Origin: Tubulanus polymorphus
Lineage: Eukaryota; Animalia; Nemertea
NCBI RefSeq assembly: GCF_964204645.1
Contig: NC_134028.1
Location: 14,391,653 to 14,455,652, forward strand
Direction of reading: 5' to 3'
Length of the DNA stretch: 64,000 nucleotides
Shown here: in pieces, positions 45,484 through 59,345 of the stretch
Position numbering within the stretch: the stretch's first letter is position 1
How the letters are laid out: every line of letters starts with the position of its first letter
Made by a program: the position numbers and the translations under genes
Notes under the pieces: generated by a model
Seen by the model: the letters and a program-made list of their open reading frames with translations, nothing else
Told to the model about the DNA's origin: nothing
Database searches by the model: none

Positions 45484-46620
45484 TGCGTAAAAAAGGTTGT
45501 TCCATGTGCGTTGGATGTCTTGTATTAGCGAGCAACATTGCATCACGTGAAATTACAAAAAAAATGATCTGAATAACCGAGTGTCACTGCTGTCTCCATG
45601 AAATGTTTTCTGCGCGTTTTTGTTTTGCAGTGTACGCTTTATTTTATAAAATATTCACTTAGAATGTTTTGACTGACGAGAAAGACTTTTTTGTTTTGAT
45701 GAAGCAAATGTAATGCTGTGTGCGGCGGGCTGAATGCCATGTGCGTTTGAGTCAAAACACAAAACGCTAAACAGAAAAGCCCGCTTCACGCGGCAAAACA
45801 TTTTTTCACCAGTACAAAAAACGTATCTTTCACAAAACATGATTATTAAAACTGGGAGTGCACACGGCATAACAAAAATGCGCAGAAAAAATAGCTTGGA
45901 CCATGGAGTCCACGGAGACGATAATGCGCTAAACCACAAAACATACCGCACATGGGACGAAAAACGGTTTTGACGAAACAAAAAAGTTTTTTGCATATCA
46001 ACCAATGCTTGTTTCGGGCGGCGGGCTCAACAGCTTGCTCTAAGCCGCCATTTGAGAACACCGGTTAAATACTGATGTGCATTTATGGAAACTTGCTATC
46101 CTGGAATATTCTCGGTCGTACTCGGGAAATGTAAACCGGTAATATAATACTTACAATTGGAATCGAGTACACAAGCTCATAAAAAGGCCTAAGAGCTATT
46201 CGTCGTTCTAGGGCAACCCGCTTTGCCGTAATAAATTCAAAGTCAAGTATGAAAATTCATTACGCGCATTCGCTTGCTTCGCTTTATAAATCATCGAAAT
46301 TATTGAATGACATTATATTGAAACAAACTTTAGTACATGTAGTTTCTTTTAAATATATACAACCCGAGTAAGTTCCTTAAATATTCGGTTGCAGTAAAGT
46401 GAATCTGTAGGCCTATATTTTGGTGACCTCAAATTGCGAATGGGTTGTTCATTGTATTCATAGATGACGCATCAACTCGTCGGAAGATTTTCAGTCGGTT
46501 AAAACATACGATAGATCAAAGAAAAATCACTAAACTTGGAAGCTATTGCCGTCATTTGATATCAATAATTGAACGTCTGATTAGTGAAATCAAATAGAAC
46601 GTTTTAATGAAATATTCTCC

Positions 46621-47629
46621 ATTATTGGCGATATCATAAGGAAATTCAATTTAGATTTTCATTTTTATGCAGATAATTCACAGTTGTATATCAGGATAAA
46701 ACCAAAAGTTAACGAATTGGTGCCCAAAAATACACTCCAACTTTGCTATACTGAACTTAAACATTGGATGGATTTAAACTTTCTTCAGGCAAACGGTGAC
46801 AAAACCGAGTTCTCCCTAATTGGCTCTCCATCACAGCTTACTAAGCTTCGCACATTTGATCTCAATCTTGATGATGCTGTAATTACTTCATCTCACTCCT
46901 TACGTAATCTCGGCGTCATTTTTGATCAGAACATGTCCATGGTAAAACATGTAAACCACTTATGCTCTGTAGCTTTCTATCACCTTAGAAACATTAGTAA
47001 GATCAGACAGTTTTTGAATCAAGGAATTGCTGAACGCCTTATTCACGCTTTTGTGACAACTCGCCTTGACTATTGCAACTCTTTACTCTTTGGCCTCCCT
47101 GACAACATTTTAGATAAATTACAACGTGTTCAAAATTCTGCTGCCCGGATCCTGACGCGAAACTCAAAATTTTGTCACATAACACCGATTCTACACGATC
47201 TGCATTGGCTTCCAATCAAATACCGCATCCAATTCAAAATCTTGATCCTTACTTATAAATCCTTGAATGGTCAGGCCCCACAATATTTGAAATCATTAGT
47301 GCAATACCAGGCATCCTCTAGAGTGTTAAGATCAAACAGTCAATCATTTCTAGTCATCCCTCGTGTCAATCTAGTCTGTGCGGGTCACAGGGCCTTTTCT
47401 TACTCCGCCCCACTACTTTGGAACTCCTTACCAGATGCAATTAAATCTAGTCCTTCTACTGATGTTTTTAAAACGCAACTTAAATCCCATTTGTTCCCTA
47501 AAGCTTTTAACTAATGATGTAAATTGTTTTTTCTATCTTTATGTTTAAATTGTGTCTTTATATTGTAAAGCCAATGAGCATATTTTATATGGATTTTAGG
47601 CTCAATAAATTATTATTATTATTATTATT
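46621..47629 (+). mobile_element. 5'-truncated L2/CR1-group LINE
   Basis: FYADNSQLY, NGDKTE, RNLGVIFD, RLDYCNSLL, HITPILHDLHWLPI; stop at 47514; (ATT)n tail. Confidence 0.92.
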
Positions 47630-47793
47630 CTTGCTTTAAGATACTAGAGTTACAACGACCTTAAACGAAGACTGATTGACTGGTATTTCCTTTCTTTGCC
47701 GTAGCGCAAATTTGACACTGACTCAGAATAATGACTAAAATACAAGATACCCCGTAGAGCGCTCCGGCAACACTAACACGTTACTTAACTTAC

Positions 47794-48164
47794 CACTTAA
47801 AGACCTGGAAATGATTTTGCACGAACAAGTTCGTAGGTTTGCCAATAACTTTGTCAATTTGCTCGCCGAAAGCCTCTGAAACAAGACTCCAAATAATCGC
47901 TACAATGACCACAGCCGTTATCCATAAAAGGCGAATTGATGGCTCATCACCAAACTGATAGTACATAGCATAACTGAAGTAAGCACCATACAACATCACT
48001 ATCAACACTTTTATCAGAATCCAAGTGATTTTCTTGTGAGAGATATAACAGTTTTGCAAGGTGTTCTGTGTATGAGCTACCCATCTTTGACATGCGTTTT
48101 CACAGCTTTTTTCATCCTGGTCACCCGCTGAATCTTCGTGATCCAAATTAATCTCAGAATCAAT
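47794..48164 (-). CDS. SLC28A: SLC28/CNT exon A (N-terminal TM region)
   Basis: Hydrophobic helices (YGAYFSYAMY); AG at 48165-48166, GTAAGT donor; phase 2 joins exon B to complete TGG. Confidence 0.82.
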
Positions 48165-48606
48165 CTACAAAAGATAAACATGTGTACAAGATGAATATAA
48201 AGCTTTCCTATTTAGAAAGAATTACAATAGATGAACATGGCTGCAGAGCGGCGATAACGGTTTTCTGCCTAAATGGTTCATATATCGCACTGGGAAGCGT
48301 CATCGAAATAATTCTACAGTCCATAACATATGACTTATTTCCAAGAAGTGCAACCTGGGTCAACAATATGCTGGATATGTGGATCCAGCTACATACAAGG
48401 GCTACCACGTAAAAAGTACCGATGTACCAAAATGGCTTAACCGAAGATATGGTTCTTCCTAAGTCCCCTAGTGGCAGTTGCATGAACTAGTCCGTCGCAC
48501 ATGCTCTCCTTACGCGTTGTGATCGATTATTTTGTTAATACTAGGTTGATCTACCTTTATACATCAATTTGTTCAGTGAAGAATCTGCATTCAGAAAAAA
48601 ACAGCG

Positions 48607-49510
48607 TGTCAGGAATTCCTTGGTATCCAATTGAACGAGGAACTGACTCAGGTTTCAAACGATAGAAGATTTATTTACAGCTATATACATACAGAATACG
48701 TCGGCAGCTATATACATACATAATACGTCGGAACAGCTTGCGTGTCTCTTTCATACTAACGGTATTTTAAAACAGTTTCAGCCCTATTCAGCCTACCGTG
48801 ACACTCACGTGATCATGTGATCATAGTAATAAACACACGGTGAAGTCGGCGTAAAATGCCGACACTCCCGGCGCAAGGAAAATATAAATATTAGAGCAGT
48901 TTAATACAGTTTATCAAATTAATTACAGAAAAACAAATACAACACTTTCAAACTTATTTCCTAACACAATAGATCTCAATTTGAAAAAATACTTTTACAA
49001 ATATGTAATATGTCAACGTATTTGACGTATTGTCATTAAACAATACCAGCGTCGAATAGATTTTTTATTTTCTCTGATGCTTTTTAGCCGATCCTCTTTG
49101 TGGTTTATTAGTCAAAACATTTTCTTCTAACCTGAAGACCTCGGGGGAGACGACCTTGGTTGAAGCTGAAACTTCGAGAGGAAACAGCTTCGAAACTGGA
49201 CGGTTTGTGAACCCATTCGATGTTCTTAGGCTAACTGATCTCACGAAACCATCACTGCTTTGTTTTAAGACAGTTATAACAGCTAACCTCCAACGAGGTC
49301 GAAGTAAAAATTCTTACTCGATTAGAACAATATCATCAATTTTCACAGCTTGGCTGCGAACCCGTTTGTGTTTGTGAAATTCTCTCAAAGAAACAAGATA
49401 CTCAGATTTCCATCTATCGTGAAAATGTTCATATAAATATGCACGAATCTCAGATTGACGAGCAAGTTGCGTACTCTTATTTTGTCTAATGAAGTCTGAA
49501 TCCGAATCTG
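48607..49510 (-). mobile_element. BEL/Pao LTR retrotransposon 3' fragment with LTR (48607-48864)
   Basis: HFHDRWKSEYLVSLRE..DIVLI..RWRLAVI..DGFVRSV..RPVSKLFPLEV; LTR bounded by TG..CA with adjacent GCGCCGGGAG tract. Confidence 0.85.
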
Positions 49511-50802
49511 AATGTGAGAACGATATACCGGTACCACGTTTGGTATGAAAATAGAAAGGATTCGCCATTGAAAATTCATAGATTGACCATTGACAACCAC
49601 TGACCAATTTAAACTTCTCGAATACCGTGGTCGAATTCGAAAGTGCCTGTCGTCGTATTGATAATTCTTAAACAGACCAGCAGTATGTTTTGCTACTATT
49701 TGTGAATAGCGTTGACATGATGGAAATATGTTACCTATAAAGGTTACACATCTGGATCACAGCACCTCACTTGCCACAGTGCGATATTTTCACATGTATC
49801 GTTTTACATAGTAATGCTAATACATAAACTTTTTTTTACTACGTGACTCGAAAGCTTGACTCGAATCATCTGGACAGCACTGCGTTTGAATACTCAACGA
49901 ATAGAAAATATTATTTTCGGGAAGCGCCTACAAATAGGTTTTGATGAAATAAATCCATGGCTAATCGATGCTTTAAAAAAAATAGAATCGCGAGATGATT
50001 TACCCCACAAGTTCAACTAATCAGCACGATACCAGTTAATTAAATCATTAAACGCATTGGGCTCCTAATATTTGAAATCGTTTGTTAGAATCAAAGTTGT
50101 TCTTTAGACGTGACCACCTGTGCTTCAGAAAACTGCGTACAAGACAGTGGTCATCAAATCATAAGAACATTTCTTCAAGTTTTGAAAATTCGATTATTGG
50201 AAACGATTTTTCCGTCTAAATACCAGTTTCGTTAATATGTCAAGTTTTTACTCTTGTATAGAATCTACCAAGTGCCTTCATATCGGATTGAAAATTGTTG
50301 TGATCAGTCACCTGTTACTACTGTCAAACTGTCAGTAAAACGTGTTTTCTTGTAAAAAATCATCTATGCCCTTTGAATGCTATCCCAGACTTCAAGCGGC
50401 TTTGGTAACACGCGGGTTCTCAGAAATTTTTTTGCCGAATCGCCGAATCACCGAATTCGACCAAGACATGGCTTAATCAATCAGTAGCCAAATAAATGAG
50501 AAATATGAATTTCCTATTAAGATAGAAGCACGGTCGACCTTTAAAACTAGATACGATGTAATGATTGACGGTTAGATAAGATGTATTTATGTTGTTTTGT
50601 TTCTATACTGGTAATTAGGCCAGTGTAAGTAATTTCTTGGTTCATAAAAGACTAAATTACCCTAAATATTCTCCCGGCTGGACATACACTGTTTTTGGGC
50701 CGTCGCATACATTAAAAGTGTTAGCAAAGTGTGATTGAAATAATACATGATATAAATCATTGAACTTCTAAAATCGATTTTAATAAAAATTTTAGTATTA
50801 AA

Positions 50803-51090
50803 ATGGAAGCAAATAAGTACTACTGCCCAACATGTAATATCAATATAGATAAATCCCAAAAAGCAAGACACAATAAAACTAAAACACATTTAGAGAATAA
50901 ATTGAAACTAGAATATAAAGATGATATATTAGAAACTAAATTAGATGAATTAAAGAATGAAAAAGAAATATATAAATGTGATACATGTAATCAATCATTC
51001 AGTGATAAAAGATATTATAATGAACATTTAAAATCTAAAAGTCATATTAGAAATAAGAATAATGATATTTTAAGGAATGAAAAAGGATGA
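50803..51090 (+). CDS. Stand-alone duplicate of the PolB N-terminal Zn fingers (95 aa)
   Basis: First ~90 aa nearly identical to the start of 31257..35288. Confidence 0.7.
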   Translation: MEANKYYCPTCNINIDKSQKARHNKTKTHLENKLKLEYKDDILETKLDELKNEKEIYKCDTCNQSFSDKRYYNEHLKSKSHIRNKNNDILRNEKG

Positions 51091-51157
51091 CGTTAGTCGA
51101 AGAAATGGAAGAGGATTCTAAAATGTTAATCAATTTTAATAAAAATATATATTATTA

Positions 51158-51946
51158 TTGGTAATGGAGGAACAATCACAAGCTATAAATATAAACAATA
51201 ATGGTGTAATAAATATATGCTATAAGAAATGTAATAGGTGTGAATTGAATAAATCATTAACAGAATTTCAAAAAAATAAAACTAAAAAAGATGGCAAACA
51301 AACATATTGCAAAAGCTGTACTAAACTATACAATAACAAATTTCTTGAAAATAATCCAAATTATTCAACACAATATTATATGGATAATATTGAAAAATTC
51401 AAAGTTAGAAATAAACAATGGAGAGAAAATCACTCAGATTATATAACAGAATATATGAGAGAATGGAGGGATAATAATAGAGAATATTATAAAGCGTATC
51501 AAAATTATTATAAGAAAGAAAGATATCAAACAGATTTTAATTACAAATAGAAAAAATGTTTCAGATCTAAAGTATCAAAATTATTCAGTAAAGAAAACCA
51601 CTCAGTTACACTAGCACATTTATTGGATTGTTCAGATAAATTTTTTAAATCATGGATAATATATCAATTCGATGATAAAATGAATATAAATAATTATGGC
51701 AATTATTTTCATATTGATCATGTGTTACCAATATCTAAATTTGACATGAATGATGAATATGATAAAAAGTTAATTTGGAATTGGAAAAACCTGAGACCTC
51801 TTGAAAAGAAGGAAAATATGATTTAACATGACAAACTAGATTTACAGTTATATTTAGAACAGTTAACAAAAGTAACGAAATTCATTGAATTATGGAACAA
51901 TAATCCAAATAATGAACAATACGTTGAGTCTTTAATGAGTGGTTAA
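51158..51946 (+). pseudogene. HNH endonuclease (two in-frame stops)
   Basis: CNRC..YCKSC ribbon, HIDHVLP..NLRPL..EN; stops at 51548 and 51824 in one frame. Confidence 0.85.
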
Positions 51947-52191
51947 AGATTAATAGAATTCAAATAAAATATATTAAAAATTACATATCTTCAACTAGCT
52001 AGTATTAGTTATTGTTTTTTTAATATTTTCTTTTCAAAAAAGAATACTTTATATCACAAATAAAAAATACTAAAAAAACAATAACTAATACTAAAATTCT
52101 TTACCTTTAACTAAGCTAGTATTAATCTAAAGAGATACTGGTATCATTTTATAATACTTATAATATTTGTTTGCTTTTTTCTCTAATATAA

Positions 52192-52799
52192 ATGTCAAAG
52201 AAATCTAATAAGAATAGTATTGATATTGAAAAGACATTGGATGATTTGGGTATAAGTGATAATAAAGATACAGTTGTAACTAATTGTGCTCAAGTTAATT
52301 GTAATATAGATTATGAATACTATTTATATTGTAAGCATCATCTAGAACTATTGATTGCCGGTGGAAAAACTAAAGAGTTTTAAATAGAATTATTACTTTT
52401 CAAGAATTAGATGCTATGAAACCAGATAAAGTAATAAAATATTTTAAGATTTATGAAGAGGCAAGATTAGCCCGAATAAATGATTCTATTTCAGATGGTA
52501 TTGTCAAATGTTACTCTAAGTTATGTAACCAGTTAATACCAATTGATGATGAAAATAAATTATATACTGATTTGAAAAATGACTACTTAGTTATGACTGA
52601 ATTACAAAAATGGGTTGGATATGCTTCATTTCAATTAGGATCGGTTATGACATTAATTTCTACTGGCGTCATAACATTTTCGAACATCAAGCCTATGGAA
52701 TATAAATCAGGTAAGAACGAAACAGATGACGCTGTACTACAACCAAACGTCGAAACAGAAAATGAATCAGAACAAAAATTAACTAAAATAAATGAGTGA
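52192..52799 (+). pseudogene. Homologue of 20243..20860 (frameshifted)
   Basis: Two ORF pieces align end to end. Confidence 0.85.
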
Positions 52800-53151
52800 T
52801 GGCGTTACGAAAAAGCCTAGATCCGAGAAACAAATTAAATGGGCAAGAGAATTAGGTAAAAGATCTTCAGAATTAAAAAAAGCTAAGAAAAAGAAATTAA
52901 CTGATATAAATGAATCACCTGATATTGATTCAAATAATAATCCATCTAATTCTTCTAATGCTGGAAGTAATTATAAATTATATATTACAATTGGATTAGT
53001 AACAGTTATTATATTATCCGGTGAAATATATAAATCAAAATTCAAATCTGATGATAAATATGATTCCAATGACAATAAACCTATTATACCAGAAAATAAG
53101 TCAAATCATAAAGCCATTGAAACTAAATCTAAATTATTATTAATGGATTAA
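52792..53151 (+). CDS. Basic single-TM protein, homologue of 20853..21248
   Basis: Direct alignment. Confidence 0.8.
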   Translation: MSDGVTKKPRSEKQIKWARELGKRSSELKKAKKKKLTDINESPDIDSNNNPSNSSNAGSNYKLYITIGLVTVIILSGEIYKSKFKSDDKYDSNDNKPIIPENKSNHKAIETKSKLLLMD

Positions 53152-53154
53152 AAT

Positions 53155-54276
53155 AAGATAAAAAAAGAACAATATTTAAGAGATTTATATTATAACCCAG
53201 AAAGTGAAGTATCATATTCTAACGTTTCAGAATTATGTAATAAAATTAAATCTGATAAAGAAAATGGTAATGGTGCCCTATGGCACCCACATGGTGATAT
53301 AAAATATAGTGAACTAAGATTATGGTTACAAAATCAACCAACATATCAAATCCACAAGAAAATGGATAAAACTTATTTAACAAGAAAAGTTATGGTTTCA
53401 TATATTGATCAACAATGGCAAGCAGATTTAATTGACATGAAGAACTTAGAAGAATACAACAAAGGATATTTCTGGATATTAAATGTTATAGATATATTCA
53501 GTAGATACGCATGGTCAATTCCAATCAAAAATAAAACTGGAATAGAAGTGACAAATGCTTTTAAATCAATATTTAAAGAAGCTATTCCAGATAAGATACA
53601 ATTTGATGAAGGTAAGGAATTTTATAACAAACATTTTAAAAAACTATTATCTGATAACGATGTAGATTATTTTTCAACACACTCAGATAAAAAAGCATCT
53701 ATTATAGAAAGATTTAATAAAACATTGAAAACTAGAATGTGGAAATATTTTACTGCTAATGAAACATACAAATATATCGATGTGTTAGATGATTTAGTGA
53801 AAGGTTATAATAATTCTAAACATAGTTCTATAAATATGAAACCAATACAAGCTAGAAAAGAAGATAATTCAGAAATAGTATGGAATAATTTATATGGAGC
53901 GTTTGTTACACATGATTTTGGAGAACCTAAATTTAAAATAGGACAACACGTAAGAATATCTAAATATAGAAAAACATTTTATAAAGGTTATACCCCTAAT
54001 TTTACAGAAGAAATATTTAAAATTAAAAAGATAATATTAACTTAACCTTTTCTTTATAAACTAGAAGATCTAAAAGATGAAGAAATATTAGATTATTTCT
54101 ATGAACAAGAATTATCACTTGTGCCAAATCCAGAAGAAATAGAATATAAAATAGAAAAAGTATTGAAAACAAAAACTCTTAAAGGAAAAAAGTATTCTTT
54201 GGTGAAATATAAAGGATATGATGATAAATTTAATGAATGGATTTTATCTAGTAAAATTAAAAGAATAAATGAATAA
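53155..54276 (+). pseudogene. Integrase with chromodomain (start mutated, stop at 54043)
   Basis: Alignment to 21252-22336. Confidence 0.9.
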
Positions 54277-54875
54277 ATGAATAAAGATTTATTTATATTT
54301 GAACCGCATAATATGTTAGTTACTGGAGTAACCAATTGTGGTAAAACACATTTCATATTAGATTTGTTAGAAACTATTTATAAGAATCATATTGATAATA
54401 TAATATTATTCTGCCCTACTTATGAAATGAATAAAACATATGATAGGGATATAGTTAAGATGAAAAAGTTTATTATATTAAATCCTAAAACAATAAAAGA
54501 AAATTTAGATAATTGTATAAAAATAGCATTTACATGAATACATTATTCATTGTAGATGATTGCGCAAATTTACATGATTCAAAAGTGAGAGAAAGTGAGT
54601 TATGTTATCTAGCTTTCTCTGGAAGACATTTCGGGATAACAACATGGGTTTTAAATCAAAAATATAATTCAATTGTTAAAGACTTTAGGGAGAATATAAG
54701 ATTTCTAGTTTTATTTTATAACAAAGATAAAAAATCTATGCAACAATCATTGGAAGAAAATCAAATTATACCTACTGAATTACATGATGAATATATGAAT
54801 AAATTAAAGAATAATAAAGGTTCAAAATGATTACTGAGACTACAATTTCCCTATGAATATAAGTTTATAAAATAA
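54277..54875 (+). pseudogene. Packaging ATPase (frameshift, stop)
   Basis: GVTNCGKT, IVDD and GRH split over two frames. Confidence 0.9.
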
Positions 54876-55420
54876 CTATTTATATATCTATCTATATAAT
54901 ACGTATTAAATACGTATTAGATACGTATTAAATACATTAATACTTAAAACCCCATTTTTAAAATAATATATTATTCATATAATTTTCAACCAATTTATTT
55001 TTATTTTTTTCAACTAATATATGAATAAGTTTAAAGAATAATAAAGGTTCAAAATTATTACTGAGACTACAATTTCCCTATGAATATAAGTTTATAAAAT
55101 AACTATTTATATATCTATCTATCTAATACGTATTAAATACGTATTAAATACATTAATACTTAAAACCCCATTTTTAAAATAATATATTATTCATATAATT
55201 TTCAACCAATTTATTTTTATTTTTTTCAACTAATATATGAATAAGTTTGAAAATAATAAAGGTTATTTATTATTACTGAGGTTTCAATATAAATTTAAAA
55301 AAGAAATATAATTTAATGTATTTTCAAATAATATGTATTAAATACATATTAGATACGTATTAGATATGTATTAGATATGTATTAAATACGTATTAGATAC
55401 CTTAATACTTAAAACCCCCT
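54805..55420. repeat. ~225-bp tandem duplication with 11-bp ATACGTATTAR arrays
   Basis: ATPase 3' end and trailer repeated at ~55035-55250, degenerate third unit follows. Confidence 0.85.
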
Positions 55421-55459
55421 TTTTTATTTACTATTATTTTTTACAATTTTCAACCTTTA

Positions 55460-56329
55460 TTACTTTTTGAGTGTTAGATAATCACTTTCTGAATCACTTT
55501 CACTATCAGACCCTAACAATTTATTCAAATGCTCTACCGTATCTTCATAAATAATTGGTTTATTGATATACTTATTAGTCGTCTCAACTATATCTTTATT
55601 TTCTGATTTAAGTTTCATAGAATCTTTATTATCAATGCGCTTTCCTGTATTTTCATTATTATCTTTATTAGTGTTTGCTCCTAATATTTCATTTACAATG
55701 TTTGATTCTAATTTAATAGCATCGGTTAAATCTAATTCATCTTTATTAGGCGTTGCTAATAATAAATCTTTATATAATTCTTTACCATTTACTTTTTGAT
55801 TTGAAACAAACTTTGTAACATATCTAAATGGGTGTTCTATAAATTCTCTTAAACCAACACGTTTTAAAACATTAGTAATATGTGAATTTGTATTCATATG
55901 ATTATTCCAATTTGATGGAGCGTTTGAAAATTCACCTTTACAATAATCACAATAATTTCTATTTTCACTAACATTTAATATTATTGCATTATTAGATGTA
56001 GAAGGTATTACATTATTAGATGTAGAAGGTATTGCATTATTAGATGTAGAAGGTATTACATTATTAGATCTAGAAGGTATTACATTATTAGATGTAGAAG
56101 GTATTACATTATTAGATATAGAAGGTATTACATTATTATCAATTACATTACTTAAATTATCAACAACTTCACTTTTATTATTATCGATTTCTATTAGTTT
56201 AGTTTTATAAATTTTGAAAAAAGGATCAAATATCAAAGCTATATTACAAGGTATTACATAATATAAACCATCATTATTTCCATGTGTATCGATGTATGGA
56301 ATATGTTTATATACTTTACCTCCTTCCAT
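55460..56329 (-). CDS. Zn-finger protein with 8-aa repeats (289 aa)
   Basis: (SNNVIPST)-like 24-bp tandem repeat, YCDYC..H..NSH; positional homologue of 23363-24502. Confidence 0.75.
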   Translation of the reverse strand: MEGGKVYKHIPYIDTHGNNDGLYYVIPCNIALIFDPFFKIYKTKLIEIDNNKSEVVDNLSNVIDNNVIPSISNNVIPSTSNNVIPSRSNNVIPSTSNNAIPSTSNNVIPSTSNNAIILNVSENRNYCDYCKGEFSNAPSNWNNHMNTNSHITNVLKRVGLREFIEHPFRYVTKFVSNQKVNGKELYKDLLLATPNKDELDLTDAIKLESNIVNEILGANTNKDNNENTGKRIDNKDSMKLKSENKDIVETTNKYINKPIIYEDTVEHLNKLLGSDSESDSESDYLTLKK

Positions 56330-56361
56330 TTATTATATAAATTTTTATTAAAGTTAAAATT

Positions 56362-57610
56362 TTAATACATAACACTATTCAATTGAGAATTTACAATATT
56401 TAATTGCGCGTCAGATATAATATAAATGTGCATTTTGAAATTTTTGATTCCTTTATTCTTTGTCATGAATAATTGTATTCCATCTTTAGTGTTTTGTAAT
56501 TTTTCTTCCAGAGCCATGTAATGAATTATCCTCTGTTGTTCTAAAATCTAACCATAATGCATATTTATTACCGGTATAATAATCAATTTGATCAATATTA
56601 CAATTTTCAGATGATTTTACTTTTTCATTCATAAAAAGTTTTCTAATTTCTGGCCATTGATCAATCATTCTCATTCCTTGACAAAATATTTTATTTGCTA
56701 TTCCTTCGATAGTTATTTCTACTTTTGTTATTTCAGGATTATAATAATTATCAACATTTATTGCACCATTAGTATAAGTTGCAATGGTAAAAAATATTAA
56801 TATACCTTTAATAGATCTTCTTGGGAAGTTAATATTCTCATTAATTATTTCATCATTTGCATTAATAGCTACAGTTTTAAATTTATCAATATAATCATAT
56901 AATAATGAAAATCCTTGATTGTATTTAGTTTGAATTACACTTGAAATATTTTCATCAGTTACTGTATCATATTCTAAACATATATTCGATAATTTATAAC
57001 TCATATCTTTATTAACGCTAGATATTACAATTTCATTAACAGGCGCAAATGTTATTTCGAATATAACGTCTTCTTGAATTGCGTATTTATATAAAGGTGC
57101 ATTGTTATTTATCAATTCAAAGTCTAATGGAATTTCATATTTGCTTCAATGAATCTTTTTTATCAAATTATCTGCGGTGCGAGTTACTATTGCGTCATTA
57201 GCTCCTGATCTTAATTTATTTTGGTTTTCTGATTGGATGCCTTGAAATATCATATTATTTCTATTTTCTTTAGTTAACCATAAATCTTTATAATGCATAA
57301 ATAAATTATAATCATCTAAAGAGAAAACTGTTTCTGGACCAATCTTTATAGTTAATTTTTTAATCAAATTTCTTCCAACAATATCAACAACATAATTATT
57401 ATTATTACCGGTTACTTTTATATCGGCTGATAAATAAATACTATTTGGAACATAAAAAGTATTTTGTGTTAATCGAGGAATTCTAACGTATAAAGTTTCA
57501 TCGGGATTAATATTAGAAGGATTATGAGTAATCATATGATGTGATCTTTCTGCTTTAATAGCATTAGATATTCTATGATTCTTAGAAGGATTGATATAAC
57601 TCCCACTCAT
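56362..57610 (-). pseudogene. Major capsid protein (two frameshifts)
   Basis: Alignment to 24535..25773. Confidence 0.85.
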
Positions 57611-57630
57611 TTATTTAACAAAAAAATTAA

Positions 57631-59330
57631 TTATTTATTTTTTATCATGTTTACTAACCCAAAAATAATTGCACTTACAACTGTAATTAAAAATAAAATA
57701 ATATGTTCAGCAGCAAAGTTAATAATGTTTCCTGCAGATTTCAATATAAAACCAACAATTGATGCAATTACTCCCGGCAATGCTGCAGCAGATTTCTTTG
57801 ATAGTTCCCATAAATATTTTGCTAATTTCTTTAAACCATCCTTAACTTTATCTTGTATAGAATTATTATCTGGGGGTTTATCTGGTTTATTGGGAGTAGG
57901 AGTAGATTTCAAAGCATTTGATATTGCTAAACCAATTGTTTTAAATAACATAGTTACAGCTGTTAGAATTGAAAGAATTGTTATTCCTTCTAATTTAAAT
58001 AACAATTTTATTCTATCTTTCAATGATATTTCAGAATCTGGTTTTATCAACAAATCTTTAAAAATAACTTTTAATTTTTTAATATGATTAAGATCATATG
58101 ATTTTAATAATGTATCTCTTTCTTTTTCCTGTAATTCTTTGTTATATTTTAAATCATCTATTTCTTTTTCTAAAGCTAACTTTCTGCTTTCATAATCAGC
58201 TTCCTCTATTACTTGAAGATTTTTATTTAATTCTAATTGTTTTAATTCTTCATTTGCATTAGCTAATTCTTTTTCTAACATGGTTATTTTAGAAAATCTC
58301 ATCTTAATACTAGCAATTTCACCAGCTGATATTTGTACACCTTTAATTTCTCTACGTGCTTTTTCAGGAAATTGTTTTAATTTTTCATCAGTTAAATCAA
58401 GTAATCCTTTTTCTAGTAAAGATTGTATTTGATTTATTCCAGTTTCAGCACCATATGTATCTGATATACTATTCATCTCTTCTTCTGAATCTCTTAATCT
58501 ATCAATTTGTTTTTCTAATGTTAATTGACTTGAATCATTATCAATTGGTTGAGTGTCTCTTCTCGATGTTTCTGGTGTTGAAGTTCTTAATTTATCTAAT
58601 CGATTTGCAAAATCTTCATCAGTTTCTGGATCAACATCAGTAGGATTTGGATTTGGATTTTTAAATGGTGAATATTTGTTTATATCAATATTAGGAATTG
58701 GTTCTTCTTTATTTATTCTATCGAGTGCATTCCATATAATTCTGAGAAATTCTCTACCACCTTTTGAACCTTCAATTGTAGATAATGCTCGCATTCCAAG
58801 TTCAAAAATATTTTCTTGACCCATTCTAGATAATTGAATTGTTACAATATTCCTATTTAATTCAAGATTATAATACCATGAATCATTTTTAAATTCTAAA
58901 TTATTCATGAAAATGGGTCATCTTTTAAAATTTGTTCTACAACACCTTCTGAATCAATTTCATCTATTACAACTTTTGGTAATAATTCGTTAACAATTTT
59001 ATCGGTTACTCTAGATTTCATTCTATATAATTCCATAGGTTTATCAGGATATTTTTCTTGTTGTTTTTCTGATAGTTTCATAAATTCTTTTCTTTCTGTT
59101 CTAGTTGAAATTCTACCACTTTCAGGAGCTTGTAAATATTTAATTAATTTTTCACGTAATTCGGAATTAATTCCATCATAATTATCATCATCATAATCAT
59201 CATCTTCACCTAAATTAGTATTATATTCTATTTTATTACCGTCATTAAGACTTGTTGCACTAAAATCAGGTTGTTGTTCATCAGTTATGCCGGGTTCATC
59301 TAAAGGATCCATTGGAATATCTTCTTCCAT
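57631..59330 (-). CDS. Coiled-coil/membrane-helix protein, split near 58905
   Basis: C-terminal ~135 aa almost identical to 25799..27283; N-terminal part divergent. Confidence 0.75.
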
Positions 59331-59345
59331 TTATATAATAAAAAA

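Noticed and set aside
45655-46061. Overlapping short ORFs in a CNT intron
   Set aside because: No recognisable motifs; probably an unclassified repeat.
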